Shown here: one piece after another, positions 1-9,406 of the stretch
Position numbering within the stretch: position 1 is the first letter of the stretch
Layout of the letters: each line of letters opens with the position of its first letter
DNA from: an uncultured bacterium
Lineage (GTDB): Bacteria > Hydrothermota > UBA3073 > NMUJ01
NCBI GenBank assembly: GCA_965612795.1
Contig: CBFDTI010000001.1
Location: 37,895-101,894 of the forward strand
Length of the DNA: 64,000 nt
Direction: 5' to 3'
Made by a program: the position numbers and the translations under genes
The notes under the pieces: model-generated
Seen by the model: only the letters and a program-made list of their open reading frames with translations
Told to the model about the DNA's origin: nothing
The model's database searches: none

Positions 1-683
1 TACGCATTCACAAGTTGCGAACTTCCCCTTACATACATCACTATCCCAGAGTCTGTACCCACCCATAAAGTGTCATTACACCACTCCAATGCCGTAATCC
101 TAGCTTCCCTAACTTCAACCGGTAGATCCGTCTTTGGTATCACATGCCAGCCGTTACCTTCAACATCCGTTACACCGATACCGTCTTCTGTACAGAACCA
201 CAACGAATCGTTATGATAATAAACACGCAATACTTTATTATCCAACGGTACAGGTAGGTTCCAATAGCTTATTCTCTCAATATCGGATAAGTTAGCAGCA
301 AGTTCCAATACCGTGACAGGTGCATCATCCTCAGTAGCTATCCATACTCTTCTACCTGCTACTGCCATTGAAGAGAACCTGTCACTTTGTGGTAACCCCT
401 GTGCGTTCGTGTAACTGTACGATATACCATGCGTGAAGATTACCAACCCCTTACTACGTGTAAGACACCACACCCCAGACGAGTCTACAAATATATCCTG
501 TACGTTATTTTCGGTAAGCCCATCCACATTTGTTAAATGTTGTAACTCATCCGTATCAGGGTTATAAATTACCACACCACCCTCGGTTGCTGCATAAATA
601 CAAGTTTCGTAATGAAAAATATCATTCACTTTATAAGTAGAGAGAAAGCTCTCCCATACGATCCCCAATACAAACAATATCAT
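1..683 (-). CDS. PorZ-like / two-component-regulator-propeller beta-propeller protein (3' end runs off the window)
   Basis: Not in the ORF track. Manual translation from ATG at 683 (ATGA overlap with the upstream gene's stop) gives MILFVLGIVWESFLSTYKVNDIFHYETCIYAATEGGVVIYNPDTDELQHLTNVDGLTENNVQDIFVDSSGVW..., typical Reg_prop blade repeats as in the PorZ N-terminus. Confidence 0.7.
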   Translation of the reverse strand, partial: MILFVLGIVWESFLSTYKVNDIFHYETCIYAATEGGVVIYNPDTDELQHLTNVDGLTENNVQDIFVDSSGVWCLTRSKGLVIFTHGISYSYTNAQGLPQSDRFSSMAVAGRRVWIATEDDAPVTVLELAANLSDIERISYWNLPVPLDNKVLRVYYHNDSLWFCTEDGIGVTDVEGNGWHVIPKTDLPVEVREARITALEWCNDTLWVGTDSGIVMYVRGSSQLVNA

Positions 684-1072
684 TTACCCAGCTTATTACG
701 TATGAATTCTATCACCTGCTCTTTGTTGCCCCTAAACCTCACGTACATACCACGAAAGTTTTCCAACCTGTTGGGTTTATCAAACGGGCTAAGCAATACA
801 CCATATTTATCGACATAGTAGCTTTTGATCGACTCCCAGCGCCTGAATTGTGTCACAAAGAACCCCTTTTTATAGACACCCCTGTCGTTCATTACATAGG
901 TGGTTGGCAAAAAATACGACAATATATTTACAACAAGCAAAAACGTACCAAATAATGTCCACCACACTCCCCACGTATAGTAAAGACCAATCGCCAAAAA
1001 CACAATAAAAGCTATCAAATACGCTGTTTTACGTGGCTCCTCTTTAGCGGGTAACGACCGCCATTCTATCAT
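680..1072 (-). CDS. small membrane protein (two TM helices plus YcxB/PH-like C-terminal domain)
   Basis: 130 aa ORF with two hydrophobic helices; 4-nt overlaps with both neighbours. Confidence 0.65.
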   Translation of the reverse strand: MIEWRSLPAKEEPRKTAYLIAFIVFLAIGLYYTWGVWWTLFGTFLLVVNILSYFLPTTYVMNDRGVYKKGFFVTQFRRWESIKSYYVDKYGVLLSPFDKPNRLENFRGMYVRFRGNKEQVIEFIRNKLGK

Positions 1073-2175
1073 AACTTAAGTTTATCAAACTCAGGTTTCA
1101 ACATCTCATAGATTTTATCGAGTGCTGCTGATATCACCTTTGTATCACCAATTACTGGCATAAAGTTGGTATCCCCCAACCACCTTGGTACAATATGTAC
1201 ATGTATATGGTCGACCACACCCGCACCCGCCACTTTACCCACATTTATACCGATGTTGAACCCATGGGGATGCATCACCTTACGCAATATCTCCACAGAG
1301 GCTTGTACTAAACGCCCAACCTCCACAAGCTCTTCCGGAGTCAACTCTGTCAGTTCACCAGTGTGACGTGTGGGTGCTACCATCAAATGTCCGTTATTAT
1401 AAGGGAAGATATTCATGACAACAAAAGCCCGTTCACTACGATACAATACATAGCTCTTGGCCATATTTTTGAGCGCATCACAAAATATGCATCCCCCCTT
1501 GCGTGGCCCCGTTATGTACTCTATACGCCAAGGTGCCCACAACCTATGCGGTACTGTTGTCAACAGCTTTTCAGTTGTCTTAAAATGTAACTTCGCAACC
1601 TTACCTAATGCGTGTTCACCTTTTGTTAAGACAAATTCCTTACCTATCAGCTCCACTTCTGTAGACGCGCCCTTGGGTAACACCATACCTTCGCTCTCCG
1701 ATAATTTATTTAATTGCTCCAAAAATGTAGCACGTGCCAAAAGTGACGCCAGCATCACCGCAAGATCCTCCTCCCCATGTGGATGTATCACCAACGGTAC
1801 TCCTTTCGGGAAATACGATTTTATAAAATCCGGATCCGCAAACTGATCTATCACTATACGGTCGCAACTACCCACACTGTTAAGTAGCTTCATCACAACC
1901 CTACTATGTAGCCATGCCAAGATATGGTTGAGGTTAGGTGTCCTACTATAGAGCTTATTGTATTCTGTAGGCGCCAGATAGCATATCTCATGTACACACA
2001 ATTTTTTAATTTCCTGGCTCAGATATATAGCTTGTGCATCGGTTACCTTTTTGCTCTCCCTTATTGGTAGTTTCTTCAGTTCTGGTAGCTTCTCGTCATC
2101 CAAAAATACTGCCGCAACTGCCAATCCACCAAAATAATCCCCCTTACCAGCTTCGTCACTACCTATCCATCTCAT
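1069..2175 (-). CDS. rnhC: ribonuclease HIII catalytic domain fused to a C-terminal HIT-family nucleotide hydrolase
   Basis: N-terminal GSDEAGKGDYFG, IDQF and KLHF (RNase HIII motifs); C-terminal LWAPWR..CIFC..PYNNGHLMV..GFNIG.N.G..AG...HIHVHIVPRW.GDTNFM (HIT, Ap4A phosphorylase/FHIT-like). Confidence 0.85.
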   Translation of the reverse strand: MRWIGSDEAGKGDYFGGLAVAAVFLDDEKLPELKKLPIRESKKVTDAQAIYLSQEIKKLCVHEICYLAPTEYNKLYSRTPNLNHILAWLHSRVVMKLLNSVGSCDRIVIDQFADPDFIKSYFPKGVPLVIHPHGEEDLAVMLASLLARATFLEQLNKLSESEGMVLPKGASTEVELIGKEFVLTKGEHALGKVAKLHFKTTEKLLTTVPHRLWAPWRIEYITGPRKGGCIFCDALKNMAKSYVLYRSERAFVVMNIFPYNNGHLMVAPTRHTGELTELTPEELVEVGRLVQASVEILRKVMHPHGFNIGINVGKVAGAGVVDHIHVHIVPRWLGDTNFMPVIGDTKVISAALDKIYEMLKPEFDKLKL

Positions 2176-4592
2176 TTTGTAACTATATTGATGAGCTTTT
2201 TAGGTACCACGATGATACGTTTCACCTGCTTACCCATAATATGTTGCCGTATTTTGGGATGTTCCAGTGCCATCTTACGTATATCGTCTTCTGTCACATC
2301 AAACGGTACCTGCAGACGTACCCTAAGCTTACCATCAACCTGCACCGGTATCTCAATCTCCGGTAGGTATACTTTCCCTGGATCATACTGAGGCCAACTT
2401 GCGTGGAAAATAGATCCCTCACCTCCGATCCTATGCCATAATTCTTCCGCTAGATATGGTGCAAATGGTGCAATCAGCTTCACTAACGTATAAAGCCCAT
2501 AACCGAGCGTCTCGTCCTTTCCAGACTTGTAGAATTCATTGACAAGCTCCATCAACGCCGCTATCGCAGTATTATAGTGGAAATCTTCAATATCCTCCGT
2601 AACCTTCTTGATCGTGTAGTTAATCCTACGCAATAATATACTGTCATTAGCCGGTACATTCTCCGTGATTATATCGGTGTTCTCCGTCACAATCCTATAG
2701 ACTCGATCAAGGAACCGCCGTGCACCTTCAACTACACGTTCGCTCCATATACCTTCTTTTTCCGGTGGCCCCAGAAACAGCACCCCCACACGTGCAACGT
2801 CTGCACCTACCCGCTGCACGAGAGGTCTCACCGGTACAGCTGTACCCCTTGAAGATGACATCACCTTTCCGTCTTCGTTCAATATCATACCCTGTGTGAA
2901 CAACCGTAATGCCGGTTCATTCACCGGCGATATACCTGCATCGTATAACACTTTCGTGATAAATCTGAAGTATATCAGGTGACCGGTTGCATGCTCGATA
3001 CCACCAATATATTGATCGATAGGCATCCATCTCTTCGCTATCTTAGGGTCAAATATTTCGTTATCGTTATGTGGGTCGGTGTATCGCAGTTGATACCAAG
3101 ATGAATCCACGAACGTATCCATAGTATCAGGGTCACGCTTTGCATCCCCTCCACACCGTGGACACTTTGTATTTATAAATTCAGGTACCGACTCAAGTGG
3201 CGATTTACCTTTAGGAGCGTAATCCACCACTTCAGGTAATTTCACCGGTAACTCTTCTTCCGGCACAGGTACCACACCACAACGTGGACAATGTATCATA
3301 GGGATTGGTGCACCCCAATAACGTTGCCGTGATACAAGCCAATCCCTAAGATGGAATTGCACCTCTCTACCACCCAATCCCATGGCCTTGAGCTCATCCG
3401 CCACTGCTGAAATCCCCTCTTCAGAGGTAAGTCCCGTAAATTTACCAGATTCTATCATCACCCCGTACTCTTCATAAGCTTTATCGAGCGGTTCGCTTAA
3501 TTCACTATCCACGGGTTTAATTACTACCTTTATCGGTAAGCCATACTTTTTAGCAAACTCAAAATCACGCTGATCGTGTGCAGGTACACCCATTACGATA
3601 CCTGTCCCATATGTAGCAAGTACATAATCACACACATAGATCGGAATACGTTCACCCGTAAAGGGATGCACCGCATATAGGCCTGTGAATACCCCAGTCT
3701 TTTCGCGTTCACGTGATGTACGCTCTATCTCCGAAATCCTAAGCGACCTCTCGATATATTGGTGAACCTCCTCACTTAAGGGTAAGCCTTCCAATATCTC
3801 ATGTTCTGGTGCTATCGCAATAAATGTCACCCCAAATACAGTATCAGCACGTGTTGTAAACACTGGTAACTGCTTATCGAACTCTGGTAGCTTAAACACG
3901 ATACGTACACCCTCGCTCTTGCCGATCCAATTTCGTTGCAGGTTTATCACCTCATCAGGCCATTTACCTTCGAGATATTTCAGATCATCCAGTAACCTCT
4001 CCGCATATGCAGTAATTTTGAAGAACCATTGGGTTAACTTACGTTTAATTACAAGGCTGCTACAACGCCAACATTTGCCATCACTCACTTGTTCGTTAGC
4101 TAACACTGTCTGACAGTTTGGGCACCAGTTCACATATGCAGGTTTACGGTAGGCCAGCCCTCTCTTGTAAAGTAGAAGGAATATCCATTGCGTCCATTTG
4201 TAGTACTCCGGTTCGCACGTCAGTATCTCACGTGTCCAATCATAACTTATACCCATGAGTCGGTAGCTTTCACGTGATATCTCGATATTCTTCATTGTCC
4301 AATCTCTTGGGTGTATACCATGCCGTATTGCTGCATTCTCTGCGGGTAGGCCAAACGCATCCCAGCCCACCGGATGCAACACCTGATACCCCTGCATCAT
4401 TTTGTACCGGGTTAATACATCACCCAACACATAGTTACGTAGATGCCCTATGTGTAAGTCACCTGATGGATACGCGAACATCTCCAGTACGTAGAATTTT
4501 CTGGCCGGATCCGGTCTATCCGTAGTTCTATAAATACCCTGGGTCTCCCACCACTTACGCCATCTATCCTCTATTTCATGAATCGGGTACAT
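2172..4592 (-). CDS. leuS: leucine--tRNA ligase (divergent KMSKS motif)
   Basis: YPSGDLHIGH, GWDAFGLPAENAA, CP1 editing motif GTG.VMGVPAHDQRD, SRQRYWGAPIP, DTMDTFVDSSWY and C-terminal VQVDGKLR. Confidence 0.97.
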   Translation of the reverse strand: MYPIHEIEDRWRKWWETQGIYRTTDRPDPARKFYVLEMFAYPSGDLHIGHLRNYVLGDVLTRYKMMQGYQVLHPVGWDAFGLPAENAAIRHGIHPRDWTMKNIEISRESYRLMGISYDWTREILTCEPEYYKWTQWIFLLLYKRGLAYRKPAYVNWCPNCQTVLANEQVSDGKCWRCSSLVIKRKLTQWFFKITAYAERLLDDLKYLEGKWPDEVINLQRNWIGKSEGVRIVFKLPEFDKQLPVFTTRADTVFGVTFIAIAPEHEILEGLPLSEEVHQYIERSLRISEIERTSREREKTGVFTGLYAVHPFTGERIPIYVCDYVLATYGTGIVMGVPAHDQRDFEFAKKYGLPIKVVIKPVDSELSEPLDKAYEEYGVMIESGKFTGLTSEEGISAVADELKAMGLGGREVQFHLRDWLVSRQRYWGAPIPMIHCPRCGVVPVPEEELPVKLPEVVDYAPKGKSPLESVPEFINTKCPRCGGDAKRDPDTMDTFVDSSWYQLRYTDPHNDNEIFDPKIAKRWMPIDQYIGGIEHATGHLIYFRFITKVLYDAGISPVNEPALRLFTQGMILNEDGKVMSSSRGTAVPVRPLVQRVGADVARVGVLFLGPPEKEGIWSERVVEGARRFLDRVYRIVTENTDIITENVPANDSILLRRINYTIKKVTEDIEDFHYNTAIAALMELVNEFYKSGKDETLGYGLYTLVKLIAPFAPYLAEELWHRIGGEGSIFHASWPQYDPGKVYLPEIEIPVQVDGKLRVRLQVPFDVTEDDIRKMALEHPKIRQHIMGKQVKRIIVVPKKLINIVTK

Positions 4593-4616
4593 CGAATTTA
4601 TAACTAAAACTACAGA

Positions 4617-5228
4617 TTAAGGGTTGAAGTCAACCCACCATTTCTTGCCTTTTGTGAGTTCACACAGTTTTACCACATTCTTACCGACCAATGTTGCATA
4701 ATGTACCGCTTCACGATCTTTTGTAACATCCTCAAACCCTATCGAGTATGTAAACCCATACGGTGGGAATAACAGACCCATATCGTTAAGTGTACCCATC
4801 AACCCCAATATAGTTTGCATCGCACCATCCTCCGTACCGGTTACGACTATGCCACCAACTTTACCATCGAGTAACTTACCTTCGTTCTCAAGCGCTGTTA
4901 GCCTATCTATGAGGTTCTTCATCATCCCTGACATCGCGTACCAGTACACTGGGGTGACGAAAATCAAGATATCCGCCTCCAGTATCTTTTCAAATATCCA
5001 AACCATATCATCACGCAGATCGTCCGATGTACATGTGCGGCGGGTACATTTTTTCGGATCTTCCGACCCACACCCCTTACATGGACGGATATCGCAATCT
5101 ACAAGATGTAAGATTTCCACTTCATAACCACTTTCTTCTATTGTTTCAATCACCACACGAGCTAATTCCATGGTTATACCATCTTTACGAGGTGACCCAT
5201 TTATAACAAGCGCTTTACCCATTGTCAC
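4617..5228 (-). CDS. flavodoxin-fold FMN reductase / iron-sulfur flavoprotein family protein
   Basis: INGSPRKDG, Cys cluster PCKGC...C....C, TPVYWY and MKNLIDR. Confidence 0.85.
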   Translation of the reverse strand: MTMGKALVINGSPRKDGITMELARVVIETIEESGYEVEILHLVDCDIRPCKGCGSEDPKKCTRRTCTSDDLRDDMVWIFEKILEADILIFVTPVYWYAMSGMMKNLIDRLTALENEGKLLDGKVGGIVVTGTEDGAMQTILGLMGTLNDMGLLFPPYGFTYSIGFEDVTKDREAVHYATLVGKNVVKLCELTKGKKWWVDFNP

Positions 5229-6078
5229 CTCCCACTTTCACGGTAATATTATCAATAAGCCTTGCCTTACCGAGATATGCAGCAATAGCTATAAGAGCTT
5301 CACCCTTTTCCAACCTCTCTATCGGGTTGAGTTCCTCTTTATCCACGATCTCGATATATTCCACCCTTATGCGATCGTACTTAGATAGGAACTCGTGCAT
5401 AGCGGCTATAATTTTACTTGCATCACGTTCACCCTGTTCCACAAGGTTTTTGGCCAACAATAGCGATTGATAAATAGCAGGTGCTACCTTACGTTCTTCC
5501 TCAGTAAGATATTCGTTTCTTGAGCTCATCGCCAGTCCATCTGGTTCACGTACGGTGGGCCCCACGATTATTTTGACGGGAAAGTTAAGGTCACGCACCA
5601 TCCGTTTTATTATTATTGCCTGTTGTGCATCTTTCTCACCAAATACTGCAATATCTGGCATAACGATATTGAAGAGCTTCGCCACCACCGTAGTGACACC
5701 ACGAAAATGTCCTGGCCTGTATCTACCACATAGCTTATCGGAGAGCCCCTTCACCTCGACATATGTGGTAAACCCCTTAGGATACAGGTCATCAACCGAT
5801 GGGTAAAACATTATATCTACCCCCATCTTCTCAAGTATCTCTTTGTCACGCTCAATATCCCTGGGATATCTATCGTAATCTTCACTCGGTCCAAACTGAA
5901 TGGGGTTGACAAATATACTCACAACCACAATATCAGCATGCTTGCGTGCTATATTTATAAGAGAAGTATGTCCCTCATGCAGATACCCCATAGTGGGTAC
6001 GAACCCCACTGTCTTACCCCGTCTTTTATATTCAAGCGATAGTCGCTGCATATCTTTTGACCGTGTCACGATCCTCAT
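5215..6078 (-). CDS. panC: pantoate--beta-alanine ligase
   Basis: VPTMGYLHEGH, SIFVNPIQF, RPGHFRGV, FGEKDAQQ, GLAMSSRN, RLIDN. Confidence 0.97.
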   Translation of the reverse strand: MRIVTRSKDMQRLSLEYKRRGKTVGFVPTMGYLHEGHTSLINIARKHADIVVVSIFVNPIQFGPSEDYDRYPRDIERDKEILEKMGVDIMFYPSVDDLYPKGFTTYVEVKGLSDKLCGRYRPGHFRGVTTVVAKLFNIVMPDIAVFGEKDAQQAIIIKRMVRDLNFPVKIIVGPTVREPDGLAMSSRNEYLTEEERKVAPAIYQSLLLAKNLVEQGERDASKIIAAMHEFLSKYDRIRVEYIEIVDKEELNPIERLEKGEALIAIAAYLGKARLIDNITVKVGGDNG

Positions 6079-6529
6079 CGCTGAGCTCCTTCACTAACTC
6101 ATACACTGTTTTCTTAAGAACGGGATGCACCAAATTAGGTGCTATATCAGCCAGCGGTATCAACACAAACGGCCGTACATGTAAATATGGGTGTGGTATC
6201 TTAAGTTCAGGTGTATCGAGTATCAATTCATCGTAAAATAAGATGTCAATATCTATCTCACGTGGCCCCCAACGTGGTGACGGTTGACGTCCTACCCGTT
6301 GTTCTATCGCTTTTATCTCACGAAGAAGTAACAATGGTGCAAGCTCCGTCACCATCCTTATCACAGCGTTTAAAAATCGTGGCTGTACCATCTGACCCCA
6401 TGCTTCTGTCTCATAAACTGGCGATATTGTGATTAGTTTTCCTACTTTGTGAAGCTCACCTATTGCACGTTTAAGATAGATTAACCTTTCCCCTTTGTTC
6501 GATCCTAACCCCAGATATACTTCATTCAC
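6032..6529 (-). CDS. folK: 2-amino-4-hydroxy-6-hydroxymethyldihydropteridine diphosphokinase
   Basis: YLGLGSN, FLNAV, RWGPREIDIDIL, IPHP..R.FVLIPL. Confidence 0.95.
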   Translation of the reverse strand: MNEVYLGLGSNKGERLIYLKRAIGELHKVGKLITISPVYETEAWGQMVQPRFLNAVIRMVTELAPLLLLREIKAIEQRVGRQPSPRWGPREIDIDILFYDELILDTPELKIPHPYLHVRPFVLIPLADIAPNLVHPVLKKTVYELVKELSDEDRDTVKRYAATIA

Positions 6530-7544
6530 TACCCAATTCTTTAGCTTTGTTCATATCCTGGATAGATGCATCCTTATTACCTAACTTCCAATGTATACCC
6601 GATCGTATAGTATAATACTCTGCTTTGTTGGGGTTTATCTCGATTGCTTTCGAAATCGCATCGAGCGCCTTCTCGTAATTCTCCGCCTGTATACACATCA
6701 CTGCCAGCAGATACCAAGCCTCTTCATCGTCGGGGTTAAGCTCTGTAGCTTTCGCAAACTCTTCTATAGCCTTATCGTATTGTTTAAGCTGTGCGTAAAG
6801 GTTACCCAAGTTGTAATAGGTATCGCTATTGTTAGGGTTAAGCCTGAGCGACTCCTCAAAATACACTATGGCACTATCAGCATACTCTTTATCTTGTGTA
6901 TCATTGTATTTATTTGCATAGATAACACCCATGAAGTAATGTGCATCCCCACTGGTGTCGATTGCTATCCACTTCCTAAGTATAGAGAGAGCTTCGTCCC
7001 ATTTCTTCTCTTTTGTGTAGCGATTAACCAGTATTTCTGCAGACTTCGATATCCATTCCGCTCGTGGGGAGTGTTCAATTATCCCTATGAGAGTGGATTC
7101 AGCAAGCGCCTCTTCACCACCCTGCAGGTATGCTTGTGCTAGGTAAAAATGTGCTGAGAACGAGTCAGGTTCTAACTCTATAGCGCGTTTAAACCGCTCT
7201 ATCGCCTTATCCCACTCCTTTTCGTTGAAACACAGAGCACCAGCGTTGAAATACACACCCCAATAGAAGCCAATATCTTTCTCCATATCCTTAAATGCAT
7301 ATGCTGAATCGAGCTCTATAGCGTGCTCCCATGCATCACTTGCATTCAGATAGTCTTTCTTCATAGCATACGCACGACCCAACCACATGTAAGCGTCAGC
7401 GTTCGGGTTCTCGCTAATCTCAAGTTGAAACTGTTCGATCGCCTTATCCCAGTTCTGTTGTTGCATGTAAACCTTACCACCGGTCATATGTTCAGATGCA
7501 CACCCTACAACCAACAGGCCAACAAGAATAAGCCAGTGCTTCAT
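6522..7544 (-). CDS. TPR-repeat lipoprotein
   Basis: Lipobox VVGC after a hydrophobic signal; multiple TPR repeats (YYNLGNLYAQLKQYDKAIEEFAKATELNP). Confidence 0.85.
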   Translation of the reverse strand: MKHWLILVGLLVVGCASEHMTGGKVYMQQQNWDKAIEQFQLEISENPNADAYMWLGRAYAMKKDYLNASDAWEHAIELDSAYAFKDMEKDIGFYWGVYFNAGALCFNEKEWDKAIERFKRAIELEPDSFSAHFYLAQAYLQGGEEALAESTLIGIIEHSPRAEWISKSAEILVNRYTKEKKWDEALSILRKWIAIDTSGDAHYFMGVIYANKYNDTQDKEYADSAIVYFEESLRLNPNNSDTYYNLGNLYAQLKQYDKAIEEFAKATELNPDDEEAWYLLAVMCIQAENYEKALDAISKAIEINPNKAEYYTIRSGIHWKLGNKDASIQDMNKAKELGSE

Positions 7545-7563
7545 TCTACCCCCTTCTGGATTT

Positions 7564-7590
7564 AAAATACTTGTAAATCTTAGGTGTCAA
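7564..7590 (-). promoter_or_regulatory. putative housekeeping promoter TTGACA-N15-TATTTT for the TPR-folK-panC-leuS-rnhC run
   Basis: Exact -35 TTGACA at 7590-7585 and TATTTT at 7569-7564, about 20 nt upstream of the ATG at 7544. Confidence 0.55.
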
Positions 7591-7867
7591 CATATCTCAC
7601 AATGTATGGGACCGAATTCATCTGGTACATAGCTTCAATCCATAGCTTGATGGTTACCATTTTCACATAGTTTTAGTACATGAAAGGTCAGATGCCCAGG
7701 ATTTTACAAGTAATACTTTTAGAGATATATGTTACTGTTGTGGTAAACTTATTGGTAGTGACAATTTCTGAGGTATTGTGTGTACATTCCCAAAATCTAT
7801 CCCTGCAGCCGTAACAGCTGCTGTAGCTGCCGCATTTGCCGTCTCAAAGAAAATACGGTAACCACGG

Positions 7868-9241
7868 TTAAGCTCCACACTTTCTGCAAACAAGTTGTAT
7901 CATTATCACGAGCAATGACACCATAACCCCAGGTATGAACCCATGTATCCCATATGGATTTCTTAGTATAAGCCATACCAATGAGGTGACAAACCCACCC
8001 AACATCGAATATATCACACGTATACGGTAGGGTTCCCTCATATATATACCAAAAATTAATGGAAACAATGTGATAGATGCAACTACTGCCCACGCGAATG
8101 CACACAGTGTAAGCACAAGAGCGGGCGGCTTAAGCGCGATACCTAATGAGATTAACCCTATTACTATACTCCATAACCTACCATATAGGACACCCATTTC
8201 TTTGTAACGTACAAGATCCTTTACGATGCTGCTGGATAGTATTATCAAGATCGCAGAGAAAGTTGACATCCCTGCAGCTATAACACCCACAAGAAATATG
8301 GCCTCACCAAGCGGGTTAAGGACCAGTTTAACCAAACTTGGAATCGCCAAATCCGGTGACTTTAAGTGTGGAAACAATATACGAGCTATCGCACCGTTAA
8401 AATATGGAAGCACTGCCATACTGCAGCCCAAAGTTGCTAATATAGCACCTACACGTATGAGTTCCTTGCGTTTGATTGAATAAAATCGTACGATAAGTTG
8501 TGGCATACCCCACACACCGAGACTCACCACTAATGCGAACGAAAACAACCCCTTAGCCCCCCATATCCCAGGGGTAGTAACTAATCCCTCATTTATAAGG
8601 CGCAACTTCTCATGTACAATGGTGAACCCACCTGTATATCGTAGTGCCATCCCCGTAATCATAACGAGTGCCACCATCATTATAATAGCTTGTACGAAGC
8701 CAGTCCATACCACCGCAAAGTAACCACCTAGTACCACATAAATAAGGATTATCAAACCCGATAATACTACACCCACCCAGTACGGCATATCCATAAGCAC
8801 TTCAAATGAATGTCCCATACCTTTGAGGATGCTCACGTTGTAGACTATCATAAACAGCACGATGACAATAGCGGAGAATATCTTTGCCACCTCACTGTTG
8901 TATAATTTACCGAGGAAATCCGGCAGCGTAATACTATTGTAACGATGTGTCAACTCACGTATACGTTCACCAAGCAATATCCAACATAACGTGCCACCAA
9001 ACAGCACGTTGAATGCACCTATCCATATGGTGGCCATCCCGTATTTATAGCCATAACCCGCACCTCCCACAATTACGACTGATGAAAAATAAGCTGCTAC
9101 ATATGAGAGTGCAGTCACCCACACCCCTATACGACGACCACCAAGATAATAATCTTCGTCACCCTTTGTACGTTTCTGCCATAATAATCCGATTACCAAT
9201 AACAATCCAAGGTATAAGCAAAGCACAACCACATATATCAT
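7868..9241 (-). CDS. sodium:solute symporter (SSF; PutP/PanF-like)
   Basis: DYYLGGR, S.VAAYFSS...VGGAG.GY..G, GGYFAVVWT.FVQ, GMPQLIVRFY, AAGMST; about 13 TM helices. Confidence 0.9.
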   Translation of the reverse strand: MIYVVVLCLYLGLLLVIGLLWQKRTKGDEDYYLGGRRIGVWVTALSYVAAYFSSVVIVGGAGYGYKYGMATIWIGAFNVLFGGTLCWILLGERIRELTHRYNSITLPDFLGKLYNSEVAKIFSAIVIVLFMIVYNVSILKGMGHSFEVLMDMPYWVGVVLSGLIILIYVVLGGYFAVVWTGFVQAIIMMVALVMITGMALRYTGGFTIVHEKLRLINEGLVTTPGIWGAKGLFSFALVVSLGVWGMPQLIVRFYSIKRKELIRVGAILATLGCSMAVLPYFNGAIARILFPHLKSPDLAIPSLVKLVLNPLGEAIFLVGVIAAGMSTFSAILIILSSSIVKDLVRYKEMGVLYGRLWSIVIGLISLGIALKPPALVLTLCAFAWAVVASITLFPLIFGIYMREPYRIRVIYSMLGGFVTSLVWLILRNPYGIHGFIPGVMVSLLVIMIQLVCRKCGA

Positions 9242-9327
9242 CGATGGCGTATGTACCAGATTACACTATATATAATACATGCCAGGATCAAAACATACGC
9301 ACCAAATGTAGATGGTGGGCAGCCCAT
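9238..9327 (-). CDS. symporter small accessory membrane peptide (29 aa)
   Basis: Not in the ORF track: MGCPPSTFGAYVLILACIIYSVIWYIRHR*; one TM helix; its TGA overlaps the symporter ATG (ATGA), the usual arrangement for SSF accessory peptides. Confidence 0.65.
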   Translation of the reverse strand: MGCPPSTFGAYVLILACIIYSVIWYIRHR

Positions 9328-9373
9328 CGTAACTAAGATGAAGTCCTATCATAGAAGGTCAACTCCTCAAGGC

Positions 9374-9401
9374 TTGTCTAACATTGAAAATGCTGTATAT
9401 T
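9374..9401 (+). promoter_or_regulatory. putative rnpB promoter TTGTCT-N16-TATATT
   Basis: -10 element ends 5 nt before the start of helix P1. Confidence 0.55.
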
Positions 9402-9406
9402 ATTAG

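Noticed and set aside
7769..7800. In-frame TGA as a possible selenocysteine codon
   Set aside because: No convincing SECIS hairpin, no good start codon, and a second in-frame stop upstream
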